From positions 17,875 to 81,874 of the forward strand of contig JAEZYZ010000062.1 in assembly GCA_023418705.1 (NCBI GenBank): a DNA stretch of 64,000 nucleotides, read 5' to 3'. Origin of the DNA: Pseudomonadota bacterium. Lineage in GTDB: Bacteria > Myxococcota_A > Polyangia > Polyangiales > Polyangiaceae. Both the position numbers and the translations under genes were made by a program. Within the stretch, counting starts at the first letter, position 1. Every line of letters begins with the position of its first letter. This document shows positions 1 to 10,018 of this stretch, piece after piece. The notes below the pieces were generated by a model. The model was given only the letters and a program-made list of their open reading frames with translations, was not told the DNA's origin and searched no databases.

Positions 1-272
1 GTCGCCTGCAGCAAGCGATCCAGCCAGAAGAGCACCGGGTAGTCCGTAGGCCGGAGCTCCCCCAACTCGTCTTGATACATCGACGCGGGCTCCGGCTGGT
101 CGTAGCCGCTGCGGCGATGGACGGGGATGGACGCGGCTGCGTCGGCGAACGAGGCGTAGACCCCGCGGAACAGATGACACTCGGTGGCAGACTGGAAGTA
201 ACGGCGATACCGCTCCTCGAGCAGGTTCTTGACCACCGGGAGTTGGCGCAATTTCTCGATGCGGTTCGACAT
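1..272 (-). CDS. hypothetical protein, 5-prime fragment (gene continues past the left edge)
   Basis: ATG at 272-270 opens a frame that stays open to nt 1 (MSNRIEKLRQLPVVKNLLEERYRRYFQSATECHLFRGVYASFADAAASIPVHRRSGYDQPEP...). Third codon positions are GC-rich. It starts 33 nt downstream of the hydrolase stop on the same strand. It is absent from the ORF track because it has no in-window stop. The FxGVYxSFxxA...GYD start recalls small methyltransferase-like proteins of sugar clusters, from memory only. Confidence 0.35.
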   Translation of the reverse strand, partial: MSNRIEKLRQLPVVKNLLEERYRRYFQSATECHLFRGVYASFADAAASIPVHRRSGYDQPEPASMYQDELGELRPTDYPVLFWLDRLLQA

Positions 273-305
273 GGTCGGATACGTTCGGTCGGGGCGATGG
301 CGGCG

Positions 306-1238
306 TCAGCGGGAGGTCGCCGCTCGCGACTCCGGCGCCACCAGTACGGAGAAAAACTCTCTCAAGCGGCGGGTGTACTCGCCGGTGGCCACTTTAGCGT
401 AGTCGCCATGGGCGGCCGACGGAAAAACGAGCAGCTGCTTCGGCTCTTCGGCAGCCGCGTAGAGGCGCTGCACCATGCTCGGCAGCACGACCTCGTCGCG
501 TGCTCCGCCGATGACCAGCACGGGGCGCGGAGCGAGCTTCGAAACCACGCGCACCGCCTTGTCCTCGTCGGGCTCGTAGCCGAGGAGCCGCTGCGACCAC
601 AGGGCGGGCAGCACGCTGAATGGCCCCCACCGCCGATACTCCCAGCGCGTTTGTTCGGTGACGTCGGCGGGGGTCCCGGCCAGCACGACGGCGCGCAGCC
701 GGGGGTCGACCGCGGCGACCTGGGCTACGATGTAGCCGCCCATGGAGAAGCCGAAGACGCCGATGCGCTCCGCGTCGACGTCGGGTCGACGTGCGATCCA
801 ATCGGTGGCGGCCCGGAGCGCCTCGCGCTCGGCGGCGCCCCATTCCACGACGCCGTCACTGTGACCGTGGCCGGGCCAATCGAACGCGAGCACCCCGTAG
901 CCGGCGTCCGCCAAGATACGGATTTCGGGGCCGAGCTCGCTGCGATCGCCCATCGAGCCGTGCGTGAGGATCACCGCGGCGCCGTTGTTCGAGGGCGCGA
1001 ACCACCCGCTGAGCTCGGAGCCGTTCGCGACCGGGATGCGGACGTCCTCGAGCCGCGAGACGCCCACGCTCGAACGATCGTGCTGCAGCGTGCCCCGGGG
1101 CGGGTGCAGGTAGGAACGTTCCTTGAGGTAGATGCGAACCCCCATCAACAGCCACACCCCGAGCGGCGCCGCCCCCAGCGTCAGCAGGGCGCCGCAGACC
1201 CAGCGCCTGCGGCTGAAGAGCTTCGAGAGGGCCTTCAA
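306..1238 (-). CDS. membrane-anchored alpha/beta-fold hydrolase
   Basis: 310-aa ORF with a basic N-terminus followed by a hydrophobic helix (WVCGALLTLGAAPLGVWLLMGV). HG motif (ILTHGSMGD), nucleophile elbow GFSMGG and a C-terminal His (SAAHGDY). The TTG start overlaps the TGA stop of the upstream megasynthase (TTGA). Confidence 0.8.
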   Translation of the reverse strand: MKALSKLFSRRRWVCGALLTLGAAPLGVWLLMGVRIYLKERSYLHPPRGTLQHDRSSVGVSRLEDVRIPVANGSELSGWFAPSNNGAAVILTHGSMGDRSELGPEIRILADAGYGVLAFDWPGHGHSDGVVEWGAAEREALRAATDWIARRPDVDAERIGVFGFSMGGYIVAQVAAVDPRLRAVVLAGTPADVTEQTRWEYRRWGPFSVLPALWSQRLLGYEPDEDKAVRVVSKLAPRPVLVIGGARDEVVLPSMVQRLYAAAEEPKQLLVFPSAAHGDYAKVATGEYTRRLREFFSVLVAPESRAATSR

Positions 1239-4200
1239 GGCGCGTCGACCTTGACGTACTTCGAAGGGTTCTGCGGGTGCGGTACGAACCAGGCGGGGTT
1301 GCCGCTGCGGTCACGCCCGAGCCGAGCGCCTGGAACCGGAGGCGCCTTCGGGTCGAAGAGGATCCGCTCCGGCTCCGAACGTCCCGGCAAGAACTCGGCC
1401 GCTTGAAGCTCAGCGACGGCGTCCTTGAAGGCCTGAACGATGGCAGCGACGTCCGCATCCGAATGCGCGGTGGTCAAAAAGCACGGGAACAGATCGAGGA
1501 TGTGGATGCCCTTCTCGCGCAGCGAATAAAACAGCAAATCTCCGTAGGGTTGCTCCTGCTTCCAGAACACCTTCCACAGCGACGCGAAGTGCCGGATTTC
1601 TAGCGGAGCGCCCACGGCTTCGAAGTGTGCGTTCAGCTCGGCGGCGAGCGCGGAGGTCTTCGCGTTGAGGGTCTCCTGCAACCTGGGCCCTTGCTCCTTC
1701 AAGTGAAGGAGCGCCGCCTTGGCCGCGGCGAGCGCCAGCGGGTGACGGCAGAAGGTCCCGGCGAAGTAGGTCACGCCGACCGTGGGCTTCGAGTCATCCC
1801 CGTACTGCCAGTGGCCCCCGTCGAGCGCATCCATGTACGGCCGCTTGCCGGCGATCACGGCGAACGGGTAGCCGCCGCCGATGACCTTGCCATAGCTGGC
1901 GAGGTCTGCCTGCACGCCAAAGTACGCTTGCGCACCACCCGGGTGGCAGCGGAAACCGGTGATGACCTCGTCGAAGATGTACACGGCGCCGGAGCGGTCC
2001 GCGATCCCCCTGAGCTCGTGCAGGAAGTCGCGAGGCTGGAGGTCCGGGCGGCGGCTCTGCACCGGCTCGACCATGATGGCGGCGAGCTCGTCGCCGCGTG
2101 CACGTAGGATCTCGAGCGCCTCGGGGCTGCCGTACTCCAGCACGAGGACGTTCTGTGCGGTGGAGGGGAGGATGCCCGGCGCCGCGGGGACCGCCCGGAG
2201 CTTCTTGGTTCCGCGCACGATCACCTCGTCGAAGATGCCGTGGTACGAGCCATTGAAGATGGCGATCGTGTCCCGACCAGTGACCGTTCGCGCGATGCGC
2301 ATGCAGCCCATGACCGCTTCGGAGCCGGTGTTGCAGAACGCGGCGCGCTCGGCCCCCGTCATGTCACAGATGAGGTCGGCCACCTCCGCCGCCAGCGGCG
2401 TCATGGGACCGATTTCGTGGCCGATGTCGATCTGCCGGATGACGGCCTCGTTGACGAAATCCGGCTGCCAGCCGAACAGGTTGCAACCAAACCCGCTCAG
2501 CGTGTCGATGTACTCGTTGCCATCCAGGTCCCACATGTGGGAGCCCTTCGAGCGCTCGATCACGATCTGATAGACGAGCTCCTTGAGTTGCGGCCGAAAG
2601 CCGGTGACCGCTCGGGGATCGGAGAGCCGCGAGCGGTGCTCCTGCGTGTACTCCTTGGAGCGGCGGGTGCGCGCCGTGTAGCGCTGGATGAAGGCATCCA
2701 GGCGCGCGCGCTGTCCCGGCGTCAGATCGTCGGTGCCGCTGGTGTTGATGCGCGCGATGGCGCCGAACGCCTTCTTGACGTCGTACGTCCTTTGGTATTC
2801 GGTCTCGCTCGAAGCGGCGTCGACGCCGTTGCTCGGCGCGGCCGGCGCCGCGGCAGCGGCCGGCGCTGCCGGCTGGAGAGCTGGCGCTGGCGCCTGGGGT
2901 TGGGCGACGGCAACGCTGGCAGGGGCCGAAACCGCGGGCGCGCTGGCAGACCGCCCCGCCAAGAGCTGCAGCTGCTGCTGCATCAGCAGCAGCTGTTGGT
3001 CGATGACGCGCTGAAGGTCACCGGCCGGACCGGCGACGATGGGCGCTGGGACGAGCGCCGCCGGTGCGACGGCGACGGGCGCTGCGGCGGTGATGGGCGC
3101 CGTGGCGGCCGCGGGCGCAGCGGTCGCTGCCGGCGGGGCTTGGGGATCCGGCGGTAGTTGTTGGTCCATGTGGTCTCCCAATCTGTCCAAACTCGGGAAC
3201 GCTTCCATCAGCTCACGGAACGTGATCTTGACGCGGAAAGTCTTTTGCAGCTGCTGCGCGACCTGGGTCAGCGACAAAGAGTCCAGCCCGAGCTCGAGGA
3301 ACGTGGCGTGGACGTCAACGTCACGCATCTCGAGCCCGGAAATGTCTTCGAAGACCTCGCGCAGCTGAGCCACCAGGCGGTCCTTGCGACCGGCTGCGGC
3401 GGGGGCGGATTCGGGCATGGGAACACTCATTGGAAACGTTGGGATGGGTTCGATCGGTAGTGCCGTCCCGGCGCCGTTCGAGGCGGGGGCCGGTTGGGGG
3501 AGGAGGTTGCCGTCAAGGGCCTGCGCGGGCCTGTCGGACCTCGGCAGCGGGTCGAGCCAGTAGCGCTTGCGCTCGAAAGGATACGTCGGCAGCGGTACGC
3601 GGCGGCGCCGCTCATCCGCGAAGAGGTTGCTCCAGTCGACCTCCACGCCGGCGCTCCAGAGCTGTCCGAGCGCGGCGAGCAGCGCCTTCCACTCCCCGTC
3701 GACGCTGCCCGAGTCCCCGAGCGTCGGGGTCGCCACCAAGCGGTCCCGGAGCTTCGATTGCTGCCGCGCCAGCGCCGTCAGGGTCGCCCGAGGGCCCACC
3801 TCGAGCAGAACGCGGTGCTCGTCCTTCAAGAGCTCCGCCGCCGCCTCTCGGAAGCGGACGCGCTCGCGCAGGTGCTTGGCCCAGTAGCGAGGATCGCAGG
3901 CCTGCTCCTCGGTGATCCAGGTCCCGGTCAGGGTGGAGACGAAGGGCACCTGCGGCGCCGACAGCCGGACCTTGCCCACCATCTCCGCGAAGGGCTCGAC
4001 CACCGGGTCCATCATGGGCGAATGGAAGGCGTGGGAGGTCAAAAGAGCACGGCACACCGTCCCCTCGGCTTCGAGAGCGCGCTGCAGCTCCGCCACGGCC
4101 TCGGTCGAGCCGGCAACGACGCAGAGCGAGGGCCCGTTGTCCGACGCGATGGCGAGGTCTTTTGGCAGCCGTCGTTCGAGGTCTGCGGCCGGCAGCCGCA

Positions 4201-7200
4201 CGGACAGCATGGAGCCGCCAGGGAGGTCTTGCATCAGACGCCCGCGGGCCGCCACCAGCGACAGGGCGTCCGGCAGCGACAGGACCCCCGCCAACACCGC
4301 GCTGACGAACTCGCCGATGCTGTGCCCGATCATGGCGGACGGTCGAATGCCCCACCCGAGCAGCACCTGCGCGACGGCGTACTCCACGACGAACAGCGCG
4401 GGCTGAGTGAACGCCGTGTTGCGGAGCGCCTCGGCGGCGTCGTCGGTCTGCGTGTCGGCGGGGAAGAGCAGCTCGCGCAGGTCCCGTCCGAGATCGGGCT
4501 TCAGGCGCTCCGCGCAGTCATCGACCACCGCTCGGAACACCGGATCGACGGTGTACAGGCCGAGCCCCATGTTGGGTGCCTGCGCGCCCTGCCCCGGGAA
4601 GAGGAACGCCACGTTGGCGCGCCCACCGTCGTAGCTGCGCGTCGCCGCTCGCTGAGGCTCCGACAGCTGGGCGATGGCCTCGGCGTGGCTGCTCGCGACG
4701 ACGAAGCGCCGCTCACGAAAGCCGCGCCGGCCCAATGCCAGCGTGTAGGCCACATCGGCGAGCGCGACGTCACCAGCGCCGCGCAGGTGTTCGGCGAGGT
4801 TCGTCGTTGCCTGGTTCAGCGCGTCGCGGGAGCGGGCTGACAGCAGCAACAGCTCACACGGACGAACGCTGGGTGTCGTCGCCGGTGCCGGCGGTTCCTC
4901 GAGCACGACGTGTGCGTTGGTCCCGCCCACGCCAAAGGAGCTCACCCCGGCGCGCCGGGGCCCGTCGCCGCGCGGCCACTCCGACAGCCGGTCGGCGACG
5001 TAGAACGGGGTGGACTCGAAGCCTATCTTGGGGTTCGGTCGGCGGAAATGCGCGGTCGGGGCGATGACCCCGTCGCGGAGGCAGAGCGCGGTCTTGATCA
5101 ACCCCGCGGCGCCCGCGGCCGACACGATGTGTCCGATGTTGCTCTTGACCGACGAGATGGCGCAGTACTGCCGATCCTGGGTGGTCTCGCGGAACGCCTC
5201 GGTCAGGGCCTCGACCTCGATGGGGTCGCCGAGCGGGGTCGCCGTCCCGTGCGCTTCGACGTACCCGATGGAGCGCGCGTCGATCCCGGCGACCTCTTGG
5301 GCCATCCGGACCACCGTGGCTTGCCCCTCAACGCTGGGCGCCGTGAAGCTGGCCTTGTTGCCCCCGTCGTTGTTGGCGGCAGCGCCGCGGATGACGCCGT
5401 AGATCGTGTCGCCGTCGGCCTGCGCGTCCGCCAAGCGTTTGAGGACGACGACGGCGACCCCGTCGTTGAAGGTGGTGCCCGTCGCGTCGGCGTCGAAGCT
5501 GCGGGTGTAGCCGTCGGCCGACAGCATGGCGCCTTCCTGATACAGATACCCGCTGCGCGGTGGGCAGGTCAGGGAGGCTGCGCCCGCGATGGCGACGTCA
5601 CACTGACCCGTTCGAAGGCTCCAAAAGGCCTCGACCACAGCGACCAGCGAGGTCGAGCACGCGGTGTGCACACTGACGGCGGGACCCCGAAGGTTCAACT
5701 TGTGCGCGATCCGCGTCGCGACGTAGTCCTTCTCGTTTTGCAGGAGCAGGCTGATGTCGTCCAGCGGACCCTGGTACTCCGGGCGCGACAAGATGTGATA
5801 GGTCAGGTAGCTGTTGCTGTAGACGCCCGCGTACACGCCGACGAGGCCGTCGATGGTCTCCGGGGCGTAACCGGCGTGCTCGAGAGCCTCCCAGACCACC
5901 TCGAGCATCAACCGATGCTGCGGGTCCAGGACCCGTGCTTCGCCCGGCGTGATGCCGAAAAAACCTGCGTCGAACTGGTCGAACCCCTCGACGATGCCGC
6001 GCGCCTTGACGTAGTTCGGCGCGTTCACCAGGTCCTTCGGGAGGCTCGGGTCCAGCTCGTCGTCGGAGAAGCGGTGCAGGGCCGCCTCGCCGCTTTTCAC
6101 GAGCGACCAAAAGGCGTCGACGTCATTGGCGCCGGGGAAGCGGCCCGCCATCCCTACGATGGCGACGTCGTCGGCGCCTTCGGTGCGCCGCCGCTGGCGA
6201 GTCCGCTGCTGCGCACCGGCGGCGCCGCTGCGGCGCGCCAGATAGCCGTCGAGATCGCGCGCGGACGGGTGCTGGAAAAAGCGGGCTACCGGGACGTCGA
6301 GCCCGTATTGCTCACGCAGGCGGGTCAGCACCTTCATCGCCAGCAGCGAGCTGCCACCGAGCTCGAAGAAATTGTCCTCGGCGCCGATCGGCTCGAAGCC
6401 CAGCACCTCCGCAAAGATCGCGCACACCGCGCGCTCGATGTCGGTACTCGGCGGCACCGGTGGCGAGCCCGTGTCCGGCCGCTCGCGCGGCGGCGCTGGC
6501 AGCGCCTTGCGATCGAGCTTGCCGCTCGGGTTGATCGGCAAGGCGACCAACCAGACGAAGTGCGCGGGCACCATGAACTCCGGCAAGCTGCGTGTCAGCC
6601 AGCCGCGAAGCTCGCCGCCGGTCGGGCGCTCCGCCTCGTCGCCGACCAAGTAGGCGACGAGGCGATCGTCGCCTTGGTCATTTCGCAAAGCTACCGCCGC
6701 CTGGGTCACGGCCGGATGGGTGAGCAGCACGGCCTCGATCTCGCCGAGCTCGACGCGGAAGCCGCGCAGCTTGACCTGGAAGTCGATGCGGCCGAGGTAT
6801 TCGACCTGCTGGTCGTGCGTGACGCGCGCCAGATCGCCGGTCTTGTAGAGGCGGGCGCCCGGCTTTGAAGAAAATGGATCGGGGACGAACCGCTCCGCCG
6901 TCAGCTCCGGGCGGTTGAGGTAGCCGCGCCCGACCTGAGCGCCGCCGATGTACAGCTCACCCGGGACGCCGACGGGCAGGGGGCGCAGCCGCTCGTCCAA
7001 GATGTGGATCTGAGTATTGGCGACCGGCTTCCCGATGACGACCCGCGCCGACCCGGGCTCGCAGTCCCAGTAGGTGACGTTGACGGTCGCTTCGGTGGGT
7101 CCGTACAGGTTGTGCAACGAAGCGCCGAGCTTGGAGAAAAACGCCTCCATCAGCTCTGGCGTCAACGCCTCGCCGCCGCAGGTGACCCTCCGCAAGCTCG

Positions 7201-8719
7201 AGCAACGCGTGGCCTCGGGGTGCGCCAGAAAGACGCGCAGCATCGACGGGACGAAGTCGATCACCGTGATGCGTTCACGCTGGATCGTCTCGATCAGGTA
7301 CTCGACGTTCTTGTGGCCGCCCGGTTCGGCCAAGACGATCTGCGCACCTGCCAACAGTGGCCAGAACAGCTCGCAGATCGAGGCGTCGAAGCTGTAGGGC
7401 GTCTTTTGCAGGAAGCGATCGGCGGGGCTGAGCTGGTAGTGGTGCTGCATCCAGAAGAGGCAAGCGACCAGCTGGCGATGCTCGATCATTCCCCCCTTGG
7501 GGCGACCGGTGGAGCCGGAGGTGTAGATCACGTAGGCGAGATCCGCGGGAGACACCGTGACGGACGGCGGCGACTCCGCAGCGCCCTGGGTGAGCTCGGG
7601 ATCGTCGAGCAGCAGCACGCGCCCAGCGAAGCTGCTCGGCAGCTTCGGCGCGGTCCGGCTCTGCGCCAAAACGAGCCGCGCCGCCGTGTCCTCCAGCATG
7701 AACTCGAGGCGCTCCGCAGGGTAGTCGGGATCGAGGGGAACGTAGGCGGCGCCCGCCTTCAAGATGGCCAACAGCGCGACCATCATCTCGAACGACCGCT
7801 CGACGCACAGCCCCACCAGCGTCTCGCGGCCGACCCCCTCGCGCAGCAGGACGTGGGCGAGCTGGTTCGCGCGAGCGTCGAGCTCGGCGTAGCTCAGCGA
7901 CCGGTCGCCGGAGAACACCGCGGGCGCTTGCGGGGTGCGCCGCACCTGAGCCTCGATCAGGTCGTGCAGGCATGCCGACGGGTAGTCGAGCTCAGCGGCG
8001 TTCAACCCTGCGATGAGCTCGGCGTCTTTGGGCTCCGAGAGGTCGACGTCGCAGAGCGCCAGGTCGGGGTTGGTCGCAAGCGCGGTGAGGGCCGCGCGCA
8101 GGTGCCGGAGCGCGCGCTCGGCGGCGTCGCGGCTCAGCCGCTCGGGGTCGAAGCGGGCGCAGAGCTGCTCGAAATCCGGGGTCAACTCGAGGCGCAGGGG
8201 GGCGCCCTCCGATGGCGTGGCATCGCCTCCGCCGAACGCCACCACCGTCTGGCAAATCGGCACGCTATCGGGCCACTCGAGCCAGGCCCGCAGCGCTTGC
8301 AGATCCGGGCGCTGCTGCGAGCGCTGCGCGCGATCGGCGTCGATCGCACGCAGCCAGTCGCCCGCCGTCGCCTGCGGCAGGACGGACACGGGCGCCGGCA
8401 GCAGCGTCGAAGGCGCGTCCAGAGACACGCTGCCGAACAAGACGTCGGGCTCTCGCTGGTGGCGGCTCGCTACGAGCGCCCAGGCGCCCTCGAGCAAGCT
8501 CGACGGCTGAATTCCCAGGGACTGCACGGCGGAGCGCAGGGCGGCGCCCTGCTCGGAGGTCGGCAGATCCACCGACGTGGGGGCGGTGCACTGCGACGTT
8601 CGGCCGGGGGCCGCGTCGTCGAGCAGCGGCGTGGGCTGGCTGAAGCCGCGAAGGCGCTGGACCCAGTAATCCCGGCTCGTGCCTTCGGAGCTGGGCGCGG
8701 CGAGAAACGTCTCTGTCAC
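1235..8719 (-). CDS. hybrid NRPS-PKS: condensation C-lobe only / A / PCP / KS / AT(malonyl-type) / ACP / class-III aminotransferase
   Basis: 2494-aa ORF with a GTG start preceded by GAGGA. Domains by motif:
- Condensation-like C-terminal lobe without HHxxxDG (aa 1-235, nt ~8015-8719).
- A domain ([67 protein letters not shown]; nt ~6485-7972).
- PCP (FFELGGSS; nt ~6230-6457).
- KS (TACSTS, EAHGTAT, SNIGH; nt ~4895-6172).
- AT (GHSIGE, HAFHS; nt ~3620-4618).
- ACP (LGLDSLS; nt ~3170-3388).
- Ala/Pro/Gln-rich linker (nt ~2825-3157).
- GSA-aminomutase-like PLP aminotransferase (SGSEAV, DEVITGFR, SYGKVIGGG; nt ~1400-2617). Confidence 0.95.
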   Translation of the reverse strand: MTETFLAAPSSEGTSRDYWVQRLRGFSQPTPLLDDAAPGRTSQCTAPTSVDLPTSEQGAALRSAVQSLGIQPSSLLEGAWALVASRHQREPDVLFGSVSLDAPSTLLPAPVSVLPQATAGDWLRAIDADRAQRSQQRPDLQALRAWLEWPDSVPICQTVVAFGGGDATPSEGAPLRLELTPDFEQLCARFDPERLSRDAAERALRHLRAALTALATNPDLALCDVDLSEPKDAELIAGLNAAELDYPSACLHDLIEAQVRRTPQAPAVFSGDRSLSYAELDARANQLAHVLLREGVGRETLVGLCVERSFEMMVALLAILKAGAAYVPLDPDYPAERLEFMLEDTAARLVLAQSRTAPKLPSSFAGRVLLLDDPELTQGAAESPPSVTVSPADLAYVIYTSGSTGRPKGGMIEHRQLVACLFWMQHHYQLSPADRFLQKTPYSFDASICELFWPLLAGAQIVLAEPGGHKNVEYLIETIQRERITVIDFVPSMLRVFLAHPEATRCSSLRRVTCGGEALTPELMEAFFSKLGASLHNLYGPTEATVNVTYWDCEPGSARVVIGKPVANTQIHILDERLRPLPVGVPGELYIGGAQVGRGYLNRPELTAERFVPDPFSSKPGARLYKTGDLARVTHDQQVEYLGRIDFQVKLRGFRVELGEIEAVLLTHPAVTQAAVALRNDQGDDRLVAYLVGDEAERPTGGELRGWLTRSLPEFMVPAHFVWLVALPINPSGKLDRKALPAPPRERPDTGSPPVPPSTDIERAVCAIFAEVLGFEPIGAEDNFFELGGSSLLAMKVLTRLREQYGLDVPVARFFQHPSARDLDGYLARRSGAAGAQQRTRQRRRTEGADDVAIVGMAGRFPGANDVDAFWSLVKSGEAALHRFSDDELDPSLPKDLVNAPNYVKARGIVEGFDQFDAGFFGITPGEARVLDPQHRLMLEVVWEALEHAGYAPETIDGLVGVYAGVYSNSYLTYHILSRPEYQGPLDDISLLLQNEKDYVATRIAHKLNLRGPAVSVHTACSTSLVAVVEAFWSLRTGQCDVAIAGAASLTCPPRSGYLYQEGAMLSADGYTRSFDADATGTTFNDGVAVVVLKRLADAQADGDTIYGVIRGAAANNDGGNKASFTAPSVEGQATVVRMAQEVAGIDARSIGYVEAHGTATPLGDPIEVEALTEAFRETTQDRQYCAISSVKSNIGHIVSAAGAAGLIKTALCLRDGVIAPTAHFRRPNPKIGFESTPFYVADRLSEWPRGDGPRRAGVSSFGVGGTNAHVVLEEPPAPATTPSVRPCELLLLSARSRDALNQATTNLAEHLRGAGDVALADVAYTLALGRRGFRERRFVVASSHAEAIAQLSEPQRAATRSYDGGRANVAFLFPGQGAQAPNMGLGLYTVDPVFRAVVDDCAERLKPDLGRDLRELLFPADTQTDDAAEALRNTAFTQPALFVVEYAVAQVLLGWGIRPSAMIGHSIGEFVSAVLAGVLSLPDALSLVAARGRLMQDLPGGSMLSVRLPAADLERRLPKDLAIASDNGPSLCVVAGSTEAVAELQRALEAEGTVCRALLTSHAFHSPMMDPVVEPFAEMVGKVRLSAPQVPFVSTLTGTWITEEQACDPRYWAKHLRERVRFREAAAELLKDEHRVLLEVGPRATLTALARQQSKLRDRLVATPTLGDSGSVDGEWKALLAALGQLWSAGVEVDWSNLFADERRRRVPLPTYPFERKRYWLDPLPRSDRPAQALDGNLLPQPAPASNGAGTALPIEPIPTFPMSVPMPESAPAAAGRKDRLVAQLREVFEDISGLEMRDVDVHATFLELGLDSLSLTQVAQQLQKTFRVKITFRELMEAFPSLDRLGDHMDQQLPPDPQAPPAATAAPAAATAPITAAAPVAVAPAALVPAPIVAGPAGDLQRVIDQQLLLMQQQLQLLAGRSASAPAVSAPASVAVAQPQAPAPALQPAAPAAAAAPAAPSNGVDAASSETEYQRTYDVKKAFGAIARINTSGTDDLTPGQRARLDAFIQRYTARTRRSKEYTQEHRSRLSDPRAVTGFRPQLKELVYQIVIERSKGSHMWDLDGNEYIDTLSGFGCNLFGWQPDFVNEAVIRQIDIGHEIGPMTPLAAEVADLICDMTGAERAAFCNTGSEAVMGCMRIARTVTGRDTIAIFNGSYHGIFDEVIVRGTKKLRAVPAAPGILPSTAQNVLVLEYGSPEALEILRARGDELAAIMVEPVQSRRPDLQPRDFLHELRGIADRSGAVYIFDEVITGFRCHPGGAQAYFGVQADLASYGKVIGGGYPFAVIAGKRPYMDALDGGHWQYGDDSKPTVGVTYFAGTFCRHPLALAAAKAALLHLKEQGPRLQETLNAKTSALAAELNAHFEAVGAPLEIRHFASLWKVFWKQEQPYGDLLFYSLREKGIHILDLFPCFLTTAHSDADVAAIVQAFKDAVAELQAAEFLPGRSEPERILFDPKAPPVPGARLGRDRSGNPAWFVPHPQNPSKYVKVDAP

Positions 8720-8774
8720 GGTTTCCTCAGTCAGGAGAGAGGTTTCGCGGGGGCGTCGTGCGAAGAGGACGGCT

Positions 8775-9746
8775 CTAAAGCTGCCCGCTCTGGAGCACCG
8801 CCAGGCGCTCCTTGAAATCGGCGATGGTGCGCTTCAACCCTTCCTTGAGCGAGATCGTCGGTTGAAAGCCGATGAGCTCGCTGGCGAGGGTGATGTCCGG
8901 CCGGCGCTGCTTGGGATCGTCGGTGGGCAGCGGGTGGTGCTCGATGCGGGTATCGGCGCCGACGAGCTCCCGAACGATATTGGCAAGCTCGATCATCGTG
9001 AACTCACCGGGGTTGCCGATGTTCACGGGGCCATCGAGGGACGGCAGGCGCGAGACGCGGATGAAGCCCTCGAGCAGGTCGTCGACGTAGCAGAACGAAC
9101 GCGACTGCTTGCCATCTCCGAAGATCGTCAGCGGCTCCCGCTTGAGGGCCTGGGTGATGAAGTTCGACACCACCCTGCCGTCGTTGAACGCCATGCGTGG
9201 GCCGTAGGTGTTGAAGATGCGGACGATCCGCGTGTCGACACCCCACGAGCGCTTCGCGTCCATCAAGAGCGTCTCCGCCCCCCGCTTGCCCTCGTCATAG
9301 CAAGAGCGCGGTCCGATCGGGTTCACGTTGCCCCAATAGGACTCCGGCTGAGGGTGCACGGTCGGATCGCCATACACCTCCGAGGTCGAGGCGTGGATGA
9401 TGGTGCATTTCCGCCCGCGCGCCATTTCGATCAGCCGCTGCGCGCCGAGCACGCTGGTCGTGAAGGTGGCGTAGGGGTCGTGCTGGTAGTGCACGGGGGA
9501 CGCGGGGCAGGCGAAGTTGAACACCATCTCCGCGTAGACGTGGATCGGCTCGCGCACGTCGCCAGCCTGGAAGTGGAAATGCGGGTTTCTCGCGGCCCGA
9601 GCCAGGTTCGTCAGATCGCCTGTCATCAAGCTGTCGAGGCCGACGACCTCGAAGCCTTCGTCGAGCAACCTGTCGACCAGGTGAGAACCGAGAAAACCCG
9701 CGGCACCAGTGACCAATACCGTCCGGCGGACTGAACCGAGACCCAT
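8775..9746 (-). CDS. UDP-glucuronate decarboxylase (UDP-xylose synthase), SDR family
   Basis: 323 aa. VLVTGAAGFLGSHL Rossmann motif, ASTSEVYGDP, catalytic YDEGKR, NTYGPRM, GDGKQSRSFCYVDDL. This motif set is typical of UXS-type extended SDRs. ATG start at 9746. Confidence 0.9.
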   Translation of the reverse strand: MGLGSVRRTVLVTGAAGFLGSHLVDRLLDEGFEVVGLDSLMTGDLTNLARAARNPHFHFQAGDVREPIHVYAEMVFNFACPASPVHYQHDPYATFTTSVLGAQRLIEMARGRKCTIIHASTSEVYGDPTVHPQPESYWGNVNPIGPRSCYDEGKRGAETLLMDAKRSWGVDTRIVRIFNTYGPRMAFNDGRVVSNFITQALKREPLTIFGDGKQSRSFCYVDDLLEGFIRVSRLPSLDGPVNIGNPGEFTMIELANIVRELVGADTRIEHHPLPTDDPKQRRPDITLASELIGFQPTISLKEGLKRTIADFKERLAVLQSGQL

Positions 9747-10018
9747 CAGGCCATCCCCTTGTTTGTGCTTTTGAAATCGAGGACCACAGTCCCAGGTATC
9801 AGTTTTGCGCCCGCACGTCTAGAACGCTCTTCGGTGGCTTTGGCGAGCTCGCCTCTCGCTCTTGCCATTGCCATTGCCCCATCCGGGCGTCGCGCGAGTT
9901 TCAGGCACAGAAGAAACGAAGGGCGCCGCGCCGTTCTTACGTTTGGGGTGCGGTCCTATGACGCCGAGCCAACTCCCCGGTGCTATAATGATCGATTTGG
10001 CTTCTTCGCGGGGAAATG

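Noticed and set aside
72-1406. 444-aa plus-strand ORF overlapping the hydrolase gene and the end of the NRPS-PKS gene
   Set aside because: It is antisense to two ORFs with clear enzyme motifs. Its composition is dominated by Arg/Ala/Gly/Pro (GRRSRLRRHQ..., PERRRPQRQQGAADPAP), as expected for off-frame translation of ~70% GC DNA. It has no recognisable motif.
3494-8815. Chain of long plus-strand ORFs (3494-4840, 4910-6868, 7004-8815) opposite the 2494-aa hybrid synthase
   Set aside because: These are shadow ORFs of a gene whose frame carries complete A, PCP, KS, AT, ACP and aminotransferase motifs. The translations are low-complexity and Arg/Gly/Asp/Val-rich, with no domain signatures.
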